Counted from the first letter of the stretch, positions 7,576-17,597 are shown. The stretch is DNA of 39,986 bases from a virus (IMGVR_UViG_3300035227_000053:1-39986), one strand, 5' to 3'. Numbers and translations are program-made. The notes: generated by a model not told the origin, from the letters alone.

Positions 7576-9912
7576 TTAAAGTACACAACTTTCGCAATAG
7601 TCGTCGTAGTCTTTGTCTGACTCAAAAGATTCTCTATCTAATAAGTTTTCTTCTGGTCTATTTTCTTCATTTTTATCCATTAAATCTATTTCACCTTGCC
7701 CATCATTAGTATTAAAGTAATAAAGCTGTTTGCCTCCATACTTGTAAAACATTACAAGATGCTGTAGCAAAATACTCATTGGTATCTTTTCTTCTTCAAA
7801 AAATTCTGGGTTATAACTTGTATTAACACTAATGCCTTGATCAATATATTTTTGCAATACTGCCATAATTTTTAAATAACCTTCTGGGCTTTTCTGGTCC
7901 CACAGTAGGTCATATTTGTTCTTTAAGCGTGGATAACCTGGAACTACTTGTTTGAGTACTCCGTGTTTACTTTGCTTTACACTAACAAATGCACGTGGCG
8001 GTTCAATGCCGTTTGTGCTGTTACTAATTTGTGCTGATGTTTCAGCAGGCATAAGTGCCATTAATGTACTGTTACGGATACCTGTTTTTTTAAGTTGATT
8101 ACGTAAACTTTTCCACGGCATACGTTCTTTATGTGGTATAAGTTCATCTAATTCTTTTTTATAAGTCATATTAGGTGTAATTCCATCACCATATTTTGTT
8201 TCATATATACCATCAATGCTACCTTTTTCTGCTGCCAAATCTGCACTTGCTTTGATTAAATAATAACTCCATGCTTCTGCCCATTCGTCAACCTTCGCTA
8301 AACCTTTTGAATCAATATGTTGATAATTTAAATCATTTTTTGCTAACCAAAATGCAAAATTAATAATTCCAATACCTAATGGACGTCTTCTCATTGTGCT
8401 ACGTTCTGCTGATATTACTGGATATCGTTGATAACTTAATAGTTCATCTAATCCACGAACTGATAATCTACATACACGCTCAAAATCTTTTGGTGTTTTA
8501 ATATTACCCCAATTAATAGCACTCAATGTACATAGACTAATTTCACCGTTGTTATCATTAAAAAAGTCTAATGGTTTTGTGGGTAAAGTAATCTCACAAC
8601 ATAAGTTACTTTGTTTAATTGGTGCTACTTCTGGTTTGAATGAACCATGCTCATTTGCATGATCTACGTTTTGTAAATATATACGTCCTGTATTTTTGCG
8701 TTCTTCCATAAAACTACTGAATAAGTCAGCGGCAGAAACTACTGTTTGTCTTTCTACTGTTTTTTCTGCTTCTTCATATAATTCTTTAAATTTTTCCTGA
8801 TTATCAAAAAAGGATTCATACAAGCCTGGAACATCACTGGGTGAAAATAATGTTATGTTTCCACCAGTAAGTAATCTTTCATACATAAGTTTATTAAACT
8901 GTACACCATAATCCATATGTCGTACACGGTTGTCCTCTGTACCTTTATTGTTCTTTAGAACGAGTAAATCTTCTACTTCTAAATGCCATATTGGATAATA
9001 TAATGTTGCCGCTCCACCTCTAACTCCGCCCTGTGAGCAAGATTTTACTGAGCTTTGAAATAGTTTAAAAAATGGAATAACACCTGTGTGACTTGCATCA
9101 CCATTTCTAATTGGTGAACCGATAGCACGAATACTGCCTGCGCCTATACCAATACCTGCTTTTTGAGAAACATATTTAACAATAGCACTACTTGTAGCAT
9201 TAATACTATCAAGACTATCATTGGTTTCAATAAGTACACAACTACTAAACTGGCGTTGTGGCGTTCTAAGCCCAGCCATTACAGGAGTAGGTAAAGAAAT
9301 ATCAAAATTACTAATAGCATCATAATAGTCTTTTACATACTTCATTCTTGTTTCTACTGGATACGCAGAAAACAATGTAGCCGCAATCATCATATAAGCT
9401 ACTTGTGGAGTTTCGTAAACTTCTCCAGTTACACGATTTTGAACAAGATACTTGCCACGAAACTGTTCCATGCCAACATATGCAATGTTTTCATCTCTAT
9501 CGTGTTTAATATAATTGTTTAATTGATCGATTTCGTCTGTGTTATAATCAGAGAAAAAACTTTTGTCGTAATAACCCTCGTCTACATTTTTACGAGCAAT
9601 TTCAATAATGTGGGGTGGTTTAAATGATTTGTAAACTACTTTTCTTAAATGATAATTAATTAATCTACCTGCTACCCATTGATAATTAGGTGTTTCTTCA
9701 GTAATAAGATCTGCGGCAGCTTTAATTAATGTTTCTTGTATTTGATCTGTTTCTATGCCATTATAAAATTGTATATGACTCTTTAATTCTACTTGACTTG
9801 CACTTACTCCAGTAACACCTTCACACGCATAAAAAACTACATTATGCATTTTTTCTAAATCTAATTCTTCACGTGATCCATCACGTTTTACAATTGTTAT
9901 GTCTTTGCTCAT
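7576..9912 (-). CDS. nrdA: ribonucleotide reductase class Ia alpha subunit with ATP-cone
   Basis: VKRDG ATP-cone, FSSCVL, SNLCCEI, LMPAETS, LYY and C-terminal CESC. Confidence 0.98.
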   Translation of the reverse strand: MSKDITIVKRDGSREELDLEKMHNVVFYACEGVTGVSASQVELKSHIQFYNGIETDQIQETLIKAAADLITEETPNYQWVAGRLINYHLRKVVYKSFKPPHIIEIARKNVDEGYYDKSFFSDYNTDEIDQLNNYIKHDRDENIAYVGMEQFRGKYLVQNRVTGEVYETPQVAYMMIAATLFSAYPVETRMKYVKDYYDAISNFDISLPTPVMAGLRTPQRQFSSCVLIETNDSLDSINATSSAIVKYVSQKAGIGIGAGSIRAIGSPIRNGDASHTGVIPFFKLFQSSVKSCSQGGVRGGAATLYYPIWHLEVEDLLVLKNNKGTEDNRVRHMDYGVQFNKLMYERLLTGGNITLFSPSDVPGLYESFFDNQEKFKELYEEAEKTVERQTVVSAADLFSSFMEERKNTGRIYLQNVDHANEHGSFKPEVAPIKQSNLCCEITLPTKPLDFFNDNNGEISLCTLSAINWGNIKTPKDFERVCRLSVRGLDELLSYQRYPVISAERSTMRRRPLGIGIINFAFWLAKNDLNYQHIDSKGLAKVDEWAEAWSYYLIKASADLAAEKGSIDGIYETKYGDGITPNMTYKKELDELIPHKERMPWKSLRNQLKKTGIRNSTLMALMPAETSAQISNSTNGIEPPRAFVSVKQSKHGVLKQVVPGYPRLKNKYDLLWDQKSPEGYLKIMAVLQKYIDQGISVNTSYNPEFFEEEKIPMSILLQHLVMFYKYGGKQLYYFNTNDGQGEIDLMDKNEENRPEENLLDRESFESDKDYDDYCESCVL

Positions 9913-10001
9913 TTATTATCCAATTTCTTTTGTTTATAGTTAAAAACTATTTTACCAAGGTACTGCGTACATTGAATTTGTGCTTACTTCTTTGAATTGA
10001 T

Positions 10002-10040
10002 ACTATAATTAATTATAGTTTATAATGTGAATATCGTCAA
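10002..10040 (-). promoter_or_regulatory. sigma70-like nrdA promoter overlapped by an 18-bp palindrome
   Basis: TTGACG-N17-TATAAT (10012-10040); ACTATAATTAATTATAGT at 10002-10019. Confidence 0.6.
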
Positions 10041-10093
10041 CCAAAACTATTAGTTTTATTTCATTGTTTTCCACATTTTGTACAAGTCATTAA

Positions 10094-10888
10094 TTATTTA
10101 AATGACTTTTGAATATATGTAAATGTATGTGCATTTGTTATATCTGTTGAATCAAATGTAAGATACCACTTAGTGTTATTCACAGAGTCTGCTTCTAACC
10201 CAAATATAACTGGTACTGTTCCTGTTGATATGTCATATTCATCTTTTATAGATGCATTAGTAGGAGTACCTGTTTCGTCTATAAGAATCTTTATAGTTCC
10301 ATGCCTAAATCCAGTAGTAACTTTAAGTGTGTAGTCAATTGTTACACTATTTTTGTTTGCTATTAAGAAAGCTACTTCCTTACCAGTATTAACATCGTCA
10401 TTTAATACTTCAGCTGTGCCTGCCGCTTGTGATTTAGTAAAAGTAATCTGTTGTCTTGGATTCGGGAATGCTTCAGCATGATAGCCAAATTCTCTATTAT
10501 AATTAAAATAAACTCTATCAACATTAGTTACTATTGAAGGTACTCTAGCTAAGCCACTATCGAACTGTGCCATACCATCAATAAAAGTAATATTAGAACC
10601 GTCTATTATTGTATCAGTTGCACTATCATGTGGATCAATTGTAACCCAATATGTAATTTCATTTAATAACTCAATAAAATCTTCAGTAATTGGAGTATTT
10701 CCAGCGGTGAATTCTACTTTCCATAATGATGCTGTACTGTTTGTTACATCAATAGAACCTTGTGCAGGTTCCATTCCCATAAAAACTTTCTGTTCATCTG
10801 ATGCTAGTCCTAGTTCACCTGGAAGTAATCTTGGCAAATCTGCTAGATTGCCTTTTCGTGCTGTCATTCGTGCTGTAATTGTTGCCAT
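10094..10888 (-). CDS. putative tail/fibre-associated structural protein
   Basis: N-terminal RKG..ADLP.L.PGELG...D motif resembles Mtd/fibre N-terminal domains; late promoter upstream. Confidence 0.6.
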   Translation of the reverse strand: MATITARMTARKGNLADLPRLLPGELGLASDEQKVFMGMEPAQGSIDVTNSTASLWKVEFTAGNTPITEDFIELLNEITYWVTIDPHDSATDTIIDGSNITFIDGMAQFDSGLARVPSIVTNVDRVYFNYNREFGYHAEAFPNPRQQITFTKSQAAGTAEVLNDDVNTGKEVAFLIANKNSVTIDYTLKVTTGFRHGTIKILIDETGTPTNASIKDEYDISTGTVPVIFGLEADSVNNTKWYLTFDSTDITNAHTFTYIQKSFK

Positions 10889-10911
10889 ATTTCTTCTTCC
10901 TTATAATAAAG

Positions 10912-10919
10912 TATTTATG
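10912..10919 (-). promoter_or_regulatory. late-type promoter CATAAATA
   Basis: NATAAATA upstream of 10094..10888. Confidence 0.5.
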
Positions 10920-11604
10920 ATAAATTATAAAATTTCTCTAATCTCTCTGCCCATTTTAATTCATATTCTGGAAATTCATCTGGTCCACATTCAAACAGTT
11001 GCCATTGACAATCACCACTGCACATAAAGATAGCAATACGGCTAATATCAGTGCCATACATCTCATTATGTGCAATTGCATAAGCGGCGCCTTGTAGGAA
11101 ATAATCGTCAATCCATTCACGCTTCTTAGGCTTATTAGTTTGTTTAAAGTCCATAATAGTAGGCTTTCCCTTATACACACCAACTAAGTCTGTTGTACCT
11201 GCATATAATTCTTTTGCTACTAAATTTACTTCTGTACCCCATAATTCATCAATATCATTTTCAATGTTTTCAACAACAACTTGCGCCATTGCTTTAGCCT
11301 GCCTATGTACTATATTGTTACCAGGATTATAAGTTTCGTATTCTCCAAGAGCCCAATGTTCAAGTATATTGTGCATTACTGTTCCACGATTTGCGGCAGT
11401 AGTTGTAATGCGTTGTGCTTCTTCTTTACCTACACGTTTTCGCCAAGCGGCAAGTCCAGCACGTTTTTCTGCTGGTTGTGTATCACTTAATATTGTTGTG
11501 ACACTTGGAACAGGGTCGCCCCAAGGGTTTTGATATAGACGTTTACCATCTACACTTGTTCTTTTAAATTTTTTGTAATGGTAAGGACTATTAATTTCTG
11601 GCAT
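10915..11604 (-). CDS. PD-(D/E)XK exonuclease (RecB/Cas4-like phage family)
   Basis: PSVTTIL, RGT..H..LE, E...YAGTTD...IMDFK and Y.LQ..AYA motifs. Confidence 0.9.
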   Translation of the reverse strand: MPEINSPYHYKKFKRTSVDGKRLYQNPWGDPVPSVTTILSDTQPAEKRAGLAAWRKRVGKEEAQRITTTAANRGTVMHNILEHWALGEYETYNPGNNIVHRQAKAMAQVVVENIENDIDELWGTEVNLVAKELYAGTTDLVGVYKGKPTIMDFKQTNKPKKREWIDDYFLQGAAYAIAHNEMYGTDISRIAIFMCSGDCQWQLFECGPDEFPEYELKWAERLEKFYNLS

Positions 11605-11610
11605 AGAGTA

Positions 11611-11639
11611 AGTATACTATTATTCTGACAATATGTCAA
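11611..11639 (-). promoter_or_regulatory. sigma70-like promoter (probably leaderless transcript)
   Basis: TTGACA-N17-TATACT ending 6 nt before the ATG. Confidence 0.7.
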
Positions 11640-12363
11640 CGACTCTGGGCAAAATATAATTGTCAAATACCCATTGATTAGCAAACGGACTCCAGTGACT
11701 ATCTGTTTCAGAAACAGAAAGTCCTGCATCAAATATTTTTTTGCTTGGTTCCCATGCAACCTTTGCAGGATTAATTCCAAAAGCCCTTTGAAGTTGTCTA
11801 CATGCACTTTCGTCAGCTGACCTGTTAACTGAGTCGACTTCTAGTAATAAACTAAGTTTTAATATATGCTTAAAATTATAAAGTGAAGCCATATTTTCAT
11901 ACCATTTATCATTATGATCACGCTGAGCACCAGACAATGCTTTATTGCTCAATGATTCAGTTATTGAATTCTTTACAACTTGCGGTATTAGATTGGTATC
12001 ATTGCCTGTGAAAAAAACGTTTGTACCACTAGCAGTGCTATGTGGACTAAACCAAGCAAGATCTTCTAATATTAATTCAAAATACCTATTATTGACTTCT
12101 TTTAATTTGAAATTAAATTCATTATCAGAAATTAATTGTAATGCTCTATGATTAAATGTTGCATTAATAATAATAACATCTATATTTCTTATTTTTGCAT
12201 CAAGTAAACATAATTGATAATAATCATATCCTCGACCGCCAGAGGCATAATTATAATATTGATGTTGTGGGAAGTGTTCTGACAACAAATAGGTCCAACT
12301 ATTTTTCTGTTGTCCTTCTTGATTGTATGCTAAATAACTATCACCAATGAATGCTACACGCAT
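11620..12363 (-). CDS. SGNH/GDSL hydrolase-like protein
   Basis: N-terminal FIGDSY, NYASGG block II, C-terminal DSHWSP. Confidence 0.7.
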   Translation of the reverse strand: MRVAFIGDSYLAYNQEGQQKNSWTYLLSEHFPQHQYYNYASGGRGYDYYQLCLLDAKIRNIDVIIINATFNHRALQLISDNEFNFKLKEVNNRYFELILEDLAWFSPHSTASGTNVFFTGNDTNLIPQVVKNSITESLSNKALSGAQRDHNDKWYENMASLYNFKHILKLSLLLEVDSVNRSADESACRQLQRAFGINPAKVAWEPSKKIFDAGLSVSETDSHWSPFANQWVFDNYILPRVVDILSE

Positions 12364-12375
12364 AATTTTATAGTC

Positions 12376-12771
12376 CTATCGTAATTTATTTTTTGATTCT
12401 ATTGTAGTTAGACTTTTTTCTCTATCTAAGAATTTGTATTCTAGTTTTACTGGTTCAAATGCTTCATCAATCATATCGAATATAGTTTGTGGGTTAAATT
12501 CAGCACATGAATAAACATCCATTTGCAATAATCCAGGATCAACTTCGTCCCAAATATGTACTGCAATGTGTGATGTTTCTATAATTACTACGCCAGTTAG
12601 TCCTTTATTTCCTGGTACATCAACATATGCTGTAATAGGGCCTTGACATATGTCCATTTTTATTTCTTGTACTACTTTTACTAGCCATGAATGCAACCAC
12701 TTAGGATCAGTTGGTGTTTTGTTGGTTTCTGCTCTTATAATAAGATGCTTGTGTTTTATTATGTCAGCCAT
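12376..12771 (-). CDS. speD: pyruvoyl-dependent S-adenosylmethionine decarboxylase family proenzyme
   Basis: GLTGVVIIETSHIAVHIWDE self-cleavage motif and DVYSC. Confidence 0.88.
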   Translation of the reverse strand: MADIIKHKHLIIRAETNKTPTDPKWLHSWLVKVVQEIKMDICQGPITAYVDVPGNKGLTGVVIIETSHIAVHIWDEVDPGLLQMDVYSCAEFNPQTIFDMIDEAFEPVKLEYKFLDREKSLTTIESKNKLR

Positions 12772-12772
12772 T

Positions 12773-13390
12773 TTACCAATAGATATACCATTTAAACGTT
12801 CTATTAGTAGACGAATTTGTTAATCTTTCTATTTTATAACCTAAGTTATTGAATTCTCTAATTACTTCTTCCATTTGATTTTGAAGAGCACGATCTGCTG
12901 TAGTACCTTGCCAAACTTCAAAATAACTTACACTAGTTGGGTTTGTTAAACTGTATACACCTGCTGTAAAACCTAAAGAAGCATTTGCTGTTCCAGCTCC
13001 TATTTCATATGTCCATGTTTGGCCTGCGGCATCTTCTACAGTTAAAACTAAGTAGCCACCAGCTTTTGATGCTGTTAATCCTGTAACACCTGCATCATTA
13101 ATATCTGCAATAACTGCATTAAGTGATGTTCCTGTTGTTCCTAAAGTTACTGTTTGACTATCAATAATAAGAGTTTCACCTACAGAAATTGTGGGGTTGA
13201 TTACTGTACCAGTGTTTGCTACACTTGGAGTAGAGATTGTCATTGTAGTACCGTCATCTACGTATGCTTCAAACTTTCCTAATCCGCTTTCAGTGATGAC
13301 TTTTTCCATGATAGCTTGTGTTTCTTTATACACAATCATGTCTTGTGATGCTTTTGCTCTTGCCTGTGATGCGTTTAATCCTACACTCAT
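12773..13390 (-). CDS. putative virion structural protein
   Basis: Thr/Gly-rich beta module (AVIADINDAGVTGLTAS...ANASLGFTAG) like sheath/flagellin-type insert domains. Confidence 0.5.
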   Translation of the reverse strand: MSVGLNASQARAKASQDMIVYKETQAIMEKVITESGLGKFEAYVDDGTTMTISTPSVANTGTVINPTISVGETLIIDSQTVTLGTTGTSLNAVIADINDAGVTGLTASKAGGYLVLTVEDAAGQTWTYEIGAGTANASLGFTAGVYSLTNPTSVSYFEVWQGTTADRALQNQMEEVIREFNNLGYKIERLTNSSTNRTFKWYIYW

Positions 13391-13713
13391 TTGCTTAACT
13401 CTTTATCAACTTGCTTCTTAGCCATTGCTTTAACCTTTTTCTTATTTTTTTCTGGATCTACTTTATTTAGATTTGAAGCTTGTAAACTTGCTGTATTAAA
13501 ATAAACTGTACCATCTTTAATATTATTAACAATTGGTAGATTAGTTATCTCATCAAATAGAGACTCGTCATCAACATCTACACCCATTGACGTTAGTTCT
13601 TTGACTAATGCATCAAGTGGTATCTGGTTAACTCCTTCACTACTTAATATCGATAATAGATCAATAACCTTTGAATCTACTACTGAAATTTCAAAAAGAT
13701 CAGCGTATCTCAT
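13387..13713 (-). CDS. hypothetical protein
   Basis: 108-aa ORF; MRYADLFE N-terminus resembles prohead-protease-processed leaders. Confidence 0.75.
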   Translation of the reverse strand: MRYADLFEISVVDSKVIDLLSILSSEGVNQIPLDALVKELTSMGVDVDDESLFDEITNLPIVNNIKDGTVYFNTASLQASNLNKVDPEKNKKKVKAMAKKQVDKELSK

Positions 13714-13717
13714 TGCT

Positions 13718-14467
13718 TTACTTCTTTAATACCGCGAATGCTTGTTTTAAGACTTCTTTATTAATTTTACCATCAGCCTGTGCTTCTTTAACTAAACGTA
13801 ATGCATTAAGATATTTGTCTTCTTTCATCTCTCTGCCGTCTATGTCTGTTTCTGCACTTGCAGCGTCTGCGCCTTCAAAATCATCAACAGGAGTTTCTAT
13901 GTCATCTAATGGAGCGTCCATTGGAGCGTCCATAGGTTCTTCCATACCCATATCTGTTGCTGGTGCTTGGCCTTGAGCTACTAAAACTGCATCGCTTACT
14001 TGTGCGTTTGCTGATTTAACTGCTTCTAGAGCTGAACCGATTGCCGCTTCTGCTGATGCATTAAATGTATCTGCTTCTGCTGTACCAACTTCTTCTTTCA
14101 TTGCGTTAGTAATGCTCATTAGTTCTTCTACTTGCATACTGGCTAAATTTTCAGCCATTTTTTGTAGATCGTCTGCCATGTTTTTCGCTGCTAAAAGGAC
14201 TTCTGCTGAATCTAATTCGTCTTCCATTATTGGATTTTGTGCCATAACTGTTTCAATACCTTCTAGAACTAGCAATAACTTCTGATATTGCTTATCGTTT
14301 ACTGCAACACCACTTTCACGTAGTGCTTTAATCTTTTGTTCAGTAACAGTTTTTACTTTAGTTAATTTTGCATTACCTGCATTAAAGTTAAAACTCGTAC
14401 CAAATACTTCTTTAAGAACAGAATCTAATTTGTTTAGACTGTTTACTTGTAAATGTTTTAATTCCAT
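13718..14467 (-). CDS. hypothetical helical/acidic protein (possible prohead core/scaffold)
   Basis: Ala/Glu-rich coiled-coil character; late promoter upstream. Confidence 0.6.
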   Translation of the reverse strand: MELKHLQVNSLNKLDSVLKEVFGTSFNFNAGNAKLTKVKTVTEQKIKALRESGVAVNDKQYQKLLLVLEGIETVMAQNPIMEDELDSAEVLLAAKNMADDLQKMAENLASMQVEELMSITNAMKEEVGTAEADTFNASAEAAIGSALEAVKSANAQVSDAVLVAQGQAPATDMGMEEPMDAPMDAPLDDIETPVDDFEGADAASAETDIDGREMKEDKYLNALRLVKEAQADGKINKEVLKQAFAVLKK

Positions 14468-14501
14468 ATCATTACCCCACTAGAGTTTTTATTATATATT
14501 G

Positions 14502-14509
14502 TATTTATG
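14502..14509 (-). promoter_or_regulatory. late-type promoter CATAAATA
   Basis: NATAAATA in the intergenic gap. Confidence 0.55.
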
Positions 14510-14510
14510 C

Positions 14511-15128
14511 CTACAGGGCTGATTTGATTTGGTTTTTAATGTCTCTCATCTTATAAACCGCATGACTTTGCTTTGCCATAGCAATATCTAACTTATTAGT
14601 TTCAGTAATTGTCTTACATCTTACTCTATGTTCAGCTGCTTCTGTCAATGCACTTCTATATTTACAATCAAGCTCTAATAATCTATCAACCTTACTATTA
14701 TTATCAAATAATAAACCTTTTACAATAGCCATCGCTGTTTCAAACAATGCTATTTGCTTGTATAAAGTTTTATTGCCTTCTTTGATGTTATAAAACGTCT
14801 TTTTTATACCTGGTACAACTCGCGCCTTTTCTAACACAATTTCAAATTTCTCTACTTTTACTGAATTACCTTTTTTACTCATTGCTGTTAATTCAACATC
14901 GTTACGTGATTCTTCTATTATATCTTTTGTAACTTTTGTCGTTGTTTCATCGAGTTTTTGCAAAATTTTTAGCATCCCCTGAGCGTTCTTACTCACACTA
15001 CCTAATACAGTAGGAGATGGTTTGTTTTTTTCATTTTTTAATTTTTGAGCTGCTGTTGGCTCTTTTGATGCAGATTCATTAAGTTTGTTAATAATATCCA
15101 TCATTCCTTGCACTTCTTTTGTTGGCAT
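14511..15128 (-). CDS. hypothetical protein
   Basis: 205-aa ORF, TAATG-coupled. Confidence 0.8.
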   Translation of the reverse strand: MPTKEVQGMMDIINKLNESASKEPTAAQKLKNEKNKPSPTVLGSVSKNAQGMLKILQKLDETTTKVTKDIIEESRNDVELTAMSKKGNSVKVEKFEIVLEKARVVPGIKKTFYNIKEGNKTLYKQIALFETAMAIVKGLLFDNNSKVDRLLELDCKYRSALTEAAEHRVRCKTITETNKLDIAMAKQSHAVYKMRDIKNQIKSAL

Positions 15129-15337
15129 TATATGCTCCCTTTCATTCGTTCAAAATAAACTTTATTATTCTCCACTATCTTTTTAACAATATTCTTGTTA
15201 ACTAGGCTTTGAATTAGGTATACTTCACGTTCAGATAAATCATCTTTACATGTACGTTCTAATAAATTCTCGTACATTTCGCATTCGTGAAGCGAAATAA
15301 ATGTTGGTATGCCGCCGGGAGTTTCAATGCTTTTCAT
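15128..15337 (-). CDS. small hypothetical protein (possible winged-helix)
   Basis: LSEREVYLIQSLVNKNIVKK...KVYF pattern. Confidence 0.7.
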   Translation of the reverse strand: MKSIETPGGIPTFISLHECEMYENLLERTCKDDLSEREVYLIQSLVNKNIVKKIVENNKVYFERMKGSI

Positions 15338-15339
15338 TA

Positions 15340-16923
15340 TTAACCACCCATTGCTAATTGTTTTAATCGTTCAATTTCTTGTGCATTCATGTTGGCTTGT
15401 TCTGCATTAGCGTTAGATTGATTTGAGTTATGAGCTCTTTCTATATCATCTGGATCTTCACTTCCAGCTCTTACTGCGCCTTGCCCTGTTGCTTGTTTTA
15501 CGCCACCTGCTACTGTTCTTTCTATTCCTTTTGCATCTCTGTTCTGATCTTGTACTGTAATATTGTAACGTCTATTTGCTACGTTTGAATTCTGTTTGTT
15601 TACTGTTGCTCTACTAGATTGTGCTGTGGCTGCTGTTCCATATCCAATTTCTTTTAATTCTTCTTCTGATTCATTAGGATGTCTTTTATACAGGTCATCA
15701 AAGTATTCGGCATCTGTTTCTTCTCTATGACCTAGTTTATCTAATTTTTCATATAAACTTGCCACTAATTCAAGTATTGCTTGGTCACTTAAATTCATTG
15801 TTTCTCTTTGAGCCTGTAAACGATAATCTGGGCCTTCTACTACTTTTTCTTCTGTGACACCTGCTAATACTTTTATTTGATCTGCTGTCATTGTTTTTGA
15901 TCTTTCAAAATCATCACCTTGTAATCTGTGTTGGTATGGACCACGTCCAAGACTAATATCTTCTTTTTCTAGTTCGTTTCCTAAATCATATCCTAAATCT
16001 TCACTATTTTTGTAAATGCTAAAGTGGTCATTGCCAATATAAACATCATTATCGCCAATTTGTACGTCTAGCATATCATCACCTGTTTCAGCGTGATAAT
16101 AGTCTTCAATTTTATCCATTAGTCCATGCATTGTTGAATCTTGAAGATCATCACCGTGTGGCGTTTCTGTTGAATACACATCTGCTGGTGCTTCTTTAAT
16201 TCCTGCTAATTTTTTTAGTCTACTTGTATCTTCACCTGCCATTATTGGCTCACCCATTGGTTCACCTGCGTAATAATTATTAACAGTTGTGTTGCCATCT
16301 TTTTCTTTTTCCTTATCACGTGTCATGTAATCTTTAAGTTTTTTGCCACCATATATCGCCGCAATAACGGCTGCAACTGGAAGTTTATGCTTCCATATGG
16401 CCTTTCCAAGCTCATCAACAGATGCTGCATCTAACCACCCGCCTACAAAGTCTGTAAGCATATTAAACACTTCAGCTAGGCTTGTAAACGTTAAACCAGC
16501 TGAAAACCATTTTAAAGTCTTGCCTGGGTTATTTAGAACCTTTGTACTTGTTGACACTACGCTCTTAGCAACTTTATCGCTAGTTTTTGTGACTATAGGT
16601 GTCGCGGCTTGTTTGCCTTTCCAAATCTTCTCCCAAACCCACTTTAGAATCTTGACTTTTCCTTCGTCTAATTGTTGTATATCAAATTCGTCTATTCGTC
16701 GCATATCAAGTTCAAATGCATTTTCTGATACAGCACTTAAATCCATAATTTCTGAAAATGCATCATTGTCGTCTGCTTTTATTGAGTTAATAAGTTTTAA
16801 TGTTTCTGAAAAGGATAAATTTCTTAATTGTTCTGATACTTGATCTTTTGTAAGTTCCATTCCGAACTTAACATTTGCAAAGTCTATTACTGTATCAATT
16901 GTGCTATTATTTATTACGTCCAT
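15340..16923 (-). CDS. hypothetical mosaic protein, putative head-internal protein
   Basis: 527 aa; repeated RLKKLAG/QIKVLAG/RLKQLAM motifs; hydrophobic/amphipathic segment in the N-terminal half. Confidence 0.7.
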   Translation of the reverse strand: MDVINNSTIDTVIDFANVKFGMELTKDQVSEQLRNLSFSETLKLINSIKADDNDAFSEIMDLSAVSENAFELDMRRIDEFDIQQLDEGKVKILKWVWEKIWKGKQAATPIVTKTSDKVAKSVVSTSTKVLNNPGKTLKWFSAGLTFTSLAEVFNMLTDFVGGWLDAASVDELGKAIWKHKLPVAAVIAAIYGGKKLKDYMTRDKEKEKDGNTTVNNYYAGEPMGEPIMAGEDTSRLKKLAGIKEAPADVYSTETPHGDDLQDSTMHGLMDKIEDYYHAETGDDMLDVQIGDNDVYIGNDHFSIYKNSEDLGYDLGNELEKEDISLGRGPYQHRLQGDDFERSKTMTADQIKVLAGVTEEKVVEGPDYRLQAQRETMNLSDQAILELVASLYEKLDKLGHREETDAEYFDDLYKRHPNESEEELKEIGYGTAATAQSSRATVNKQNSNVANRRYNITVQDQNRDAKGIERTVAGGVKQATGQGAVRAGSEDPDDIERAHNSNQSNANAEQANMNAQEIERLKQLAMGG

Positions 16924-16927
16924 AATA

Positions 16928-17215
16928 TTACCCTCTCGCTTTATTTAGCCTTGCTACAATACGACTTGCTGGATTTAATCGTTTTGTTCTCTGTGCTTTC
17001 TTCGTCATTCTTGCGCCTTTGGCTGCTTTTGTTCTTCGCATTACAAATCTCTTTTTGAGATTTATCGGAGCCGCACATTGCGAAGGATTCGCAACTGGCC
17101 TCCCTTTACGTGGCCCTACTGTACAACGAAATGCTCGTACAACTTTATTTCCTCTTTTACGAAATATTACTTTCGCCTCAGAAATAATAGTATTGTATGA
17201 TTCATTAAGTAACAT
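16928..17215 (-). CDS. small highly basic protein (putative nucleic-acid-binding head protein)
   Basis: 95 aa, very Arg/Lys-rich after an LNE/ISE-containing leader. Confidence 0.75.
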   Translation of the reverse strand: MLLNESYNTIISEAKVIFRKRGNKVVRAFRCTVGPRKGRPVANPSQCAAPINLKKRFVMRRTKAAKGARMTKKAQRTKRLNPASRIVARLNKARG

Positions 17216-17221
17216 TACTAT

Positions 17222-17512
17222 TTATCCACCACTTATAGCCAACGCACCGGCTGCATTTAAATTTAATAGCAATACCACTACAGTTGAAAGCAATCCTGCA
17301 ATAACTGTTGCTGCCGCACCAATAACTAGTTTATTACTAGATAATGTACTTGCTGTTTGTTTATCTGCTACTTTAGTAAGAGCTTCTGTAAGAGAATCCA
17401 TTTTGGCTTCTAATCTGTTTAATTTTTCTTCTAACACGCGATATCTCTCCGCACATAAATCTACATGTGCCTCTAGATTTTCACGCTCAAGTCTTGACTG
17501 ATTCATTGCCAT
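17222..17512 (-). CDS. coiled-coil plus single C-terminal TM protein (holin/XhlA-like candidate)
   Basis: Heptad N-terminus followed by hydrophobic LVIGAAATVIAGLLSTVVVLLL. Confidence 0.55.
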   Translation of the reverse strand: MAMNQSRLERENLEAHVDLCAERYRVLEEKLNRLEAKMDSLTEALTKVADKQTASTLSSNKLVIGAAATVIAGLLSTVVVLLLNLNAAGALAISGG

Positions 17513-17534
17513 ATTTTGTTCTCACAATCTTTAG

Positions 17535-17593
17535 CAGCGTCTTATTAGAGCTGATTTAATATAAGTACATCATTGCACTTATATGTATTTATC
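17535..17593 (-). promoter_or_regulatory. late promoter GATAAATA (17586-17593) followed by a two-hairpin 5' leader
   Basis: AUAUAAGUGCA-AUGA-UGUACUUAUAU and CAGCUCU-AAUA-AGA(C)GCUG. Confidence 0.55.
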
Positions 17594-17597
17594 GTAT

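Noticed and set aside
6432-9912. Introns or inteins in nrdA/nrdB (also checked terL, helicase, uvsX)
   Set aside because: All are continuous and of normal length.
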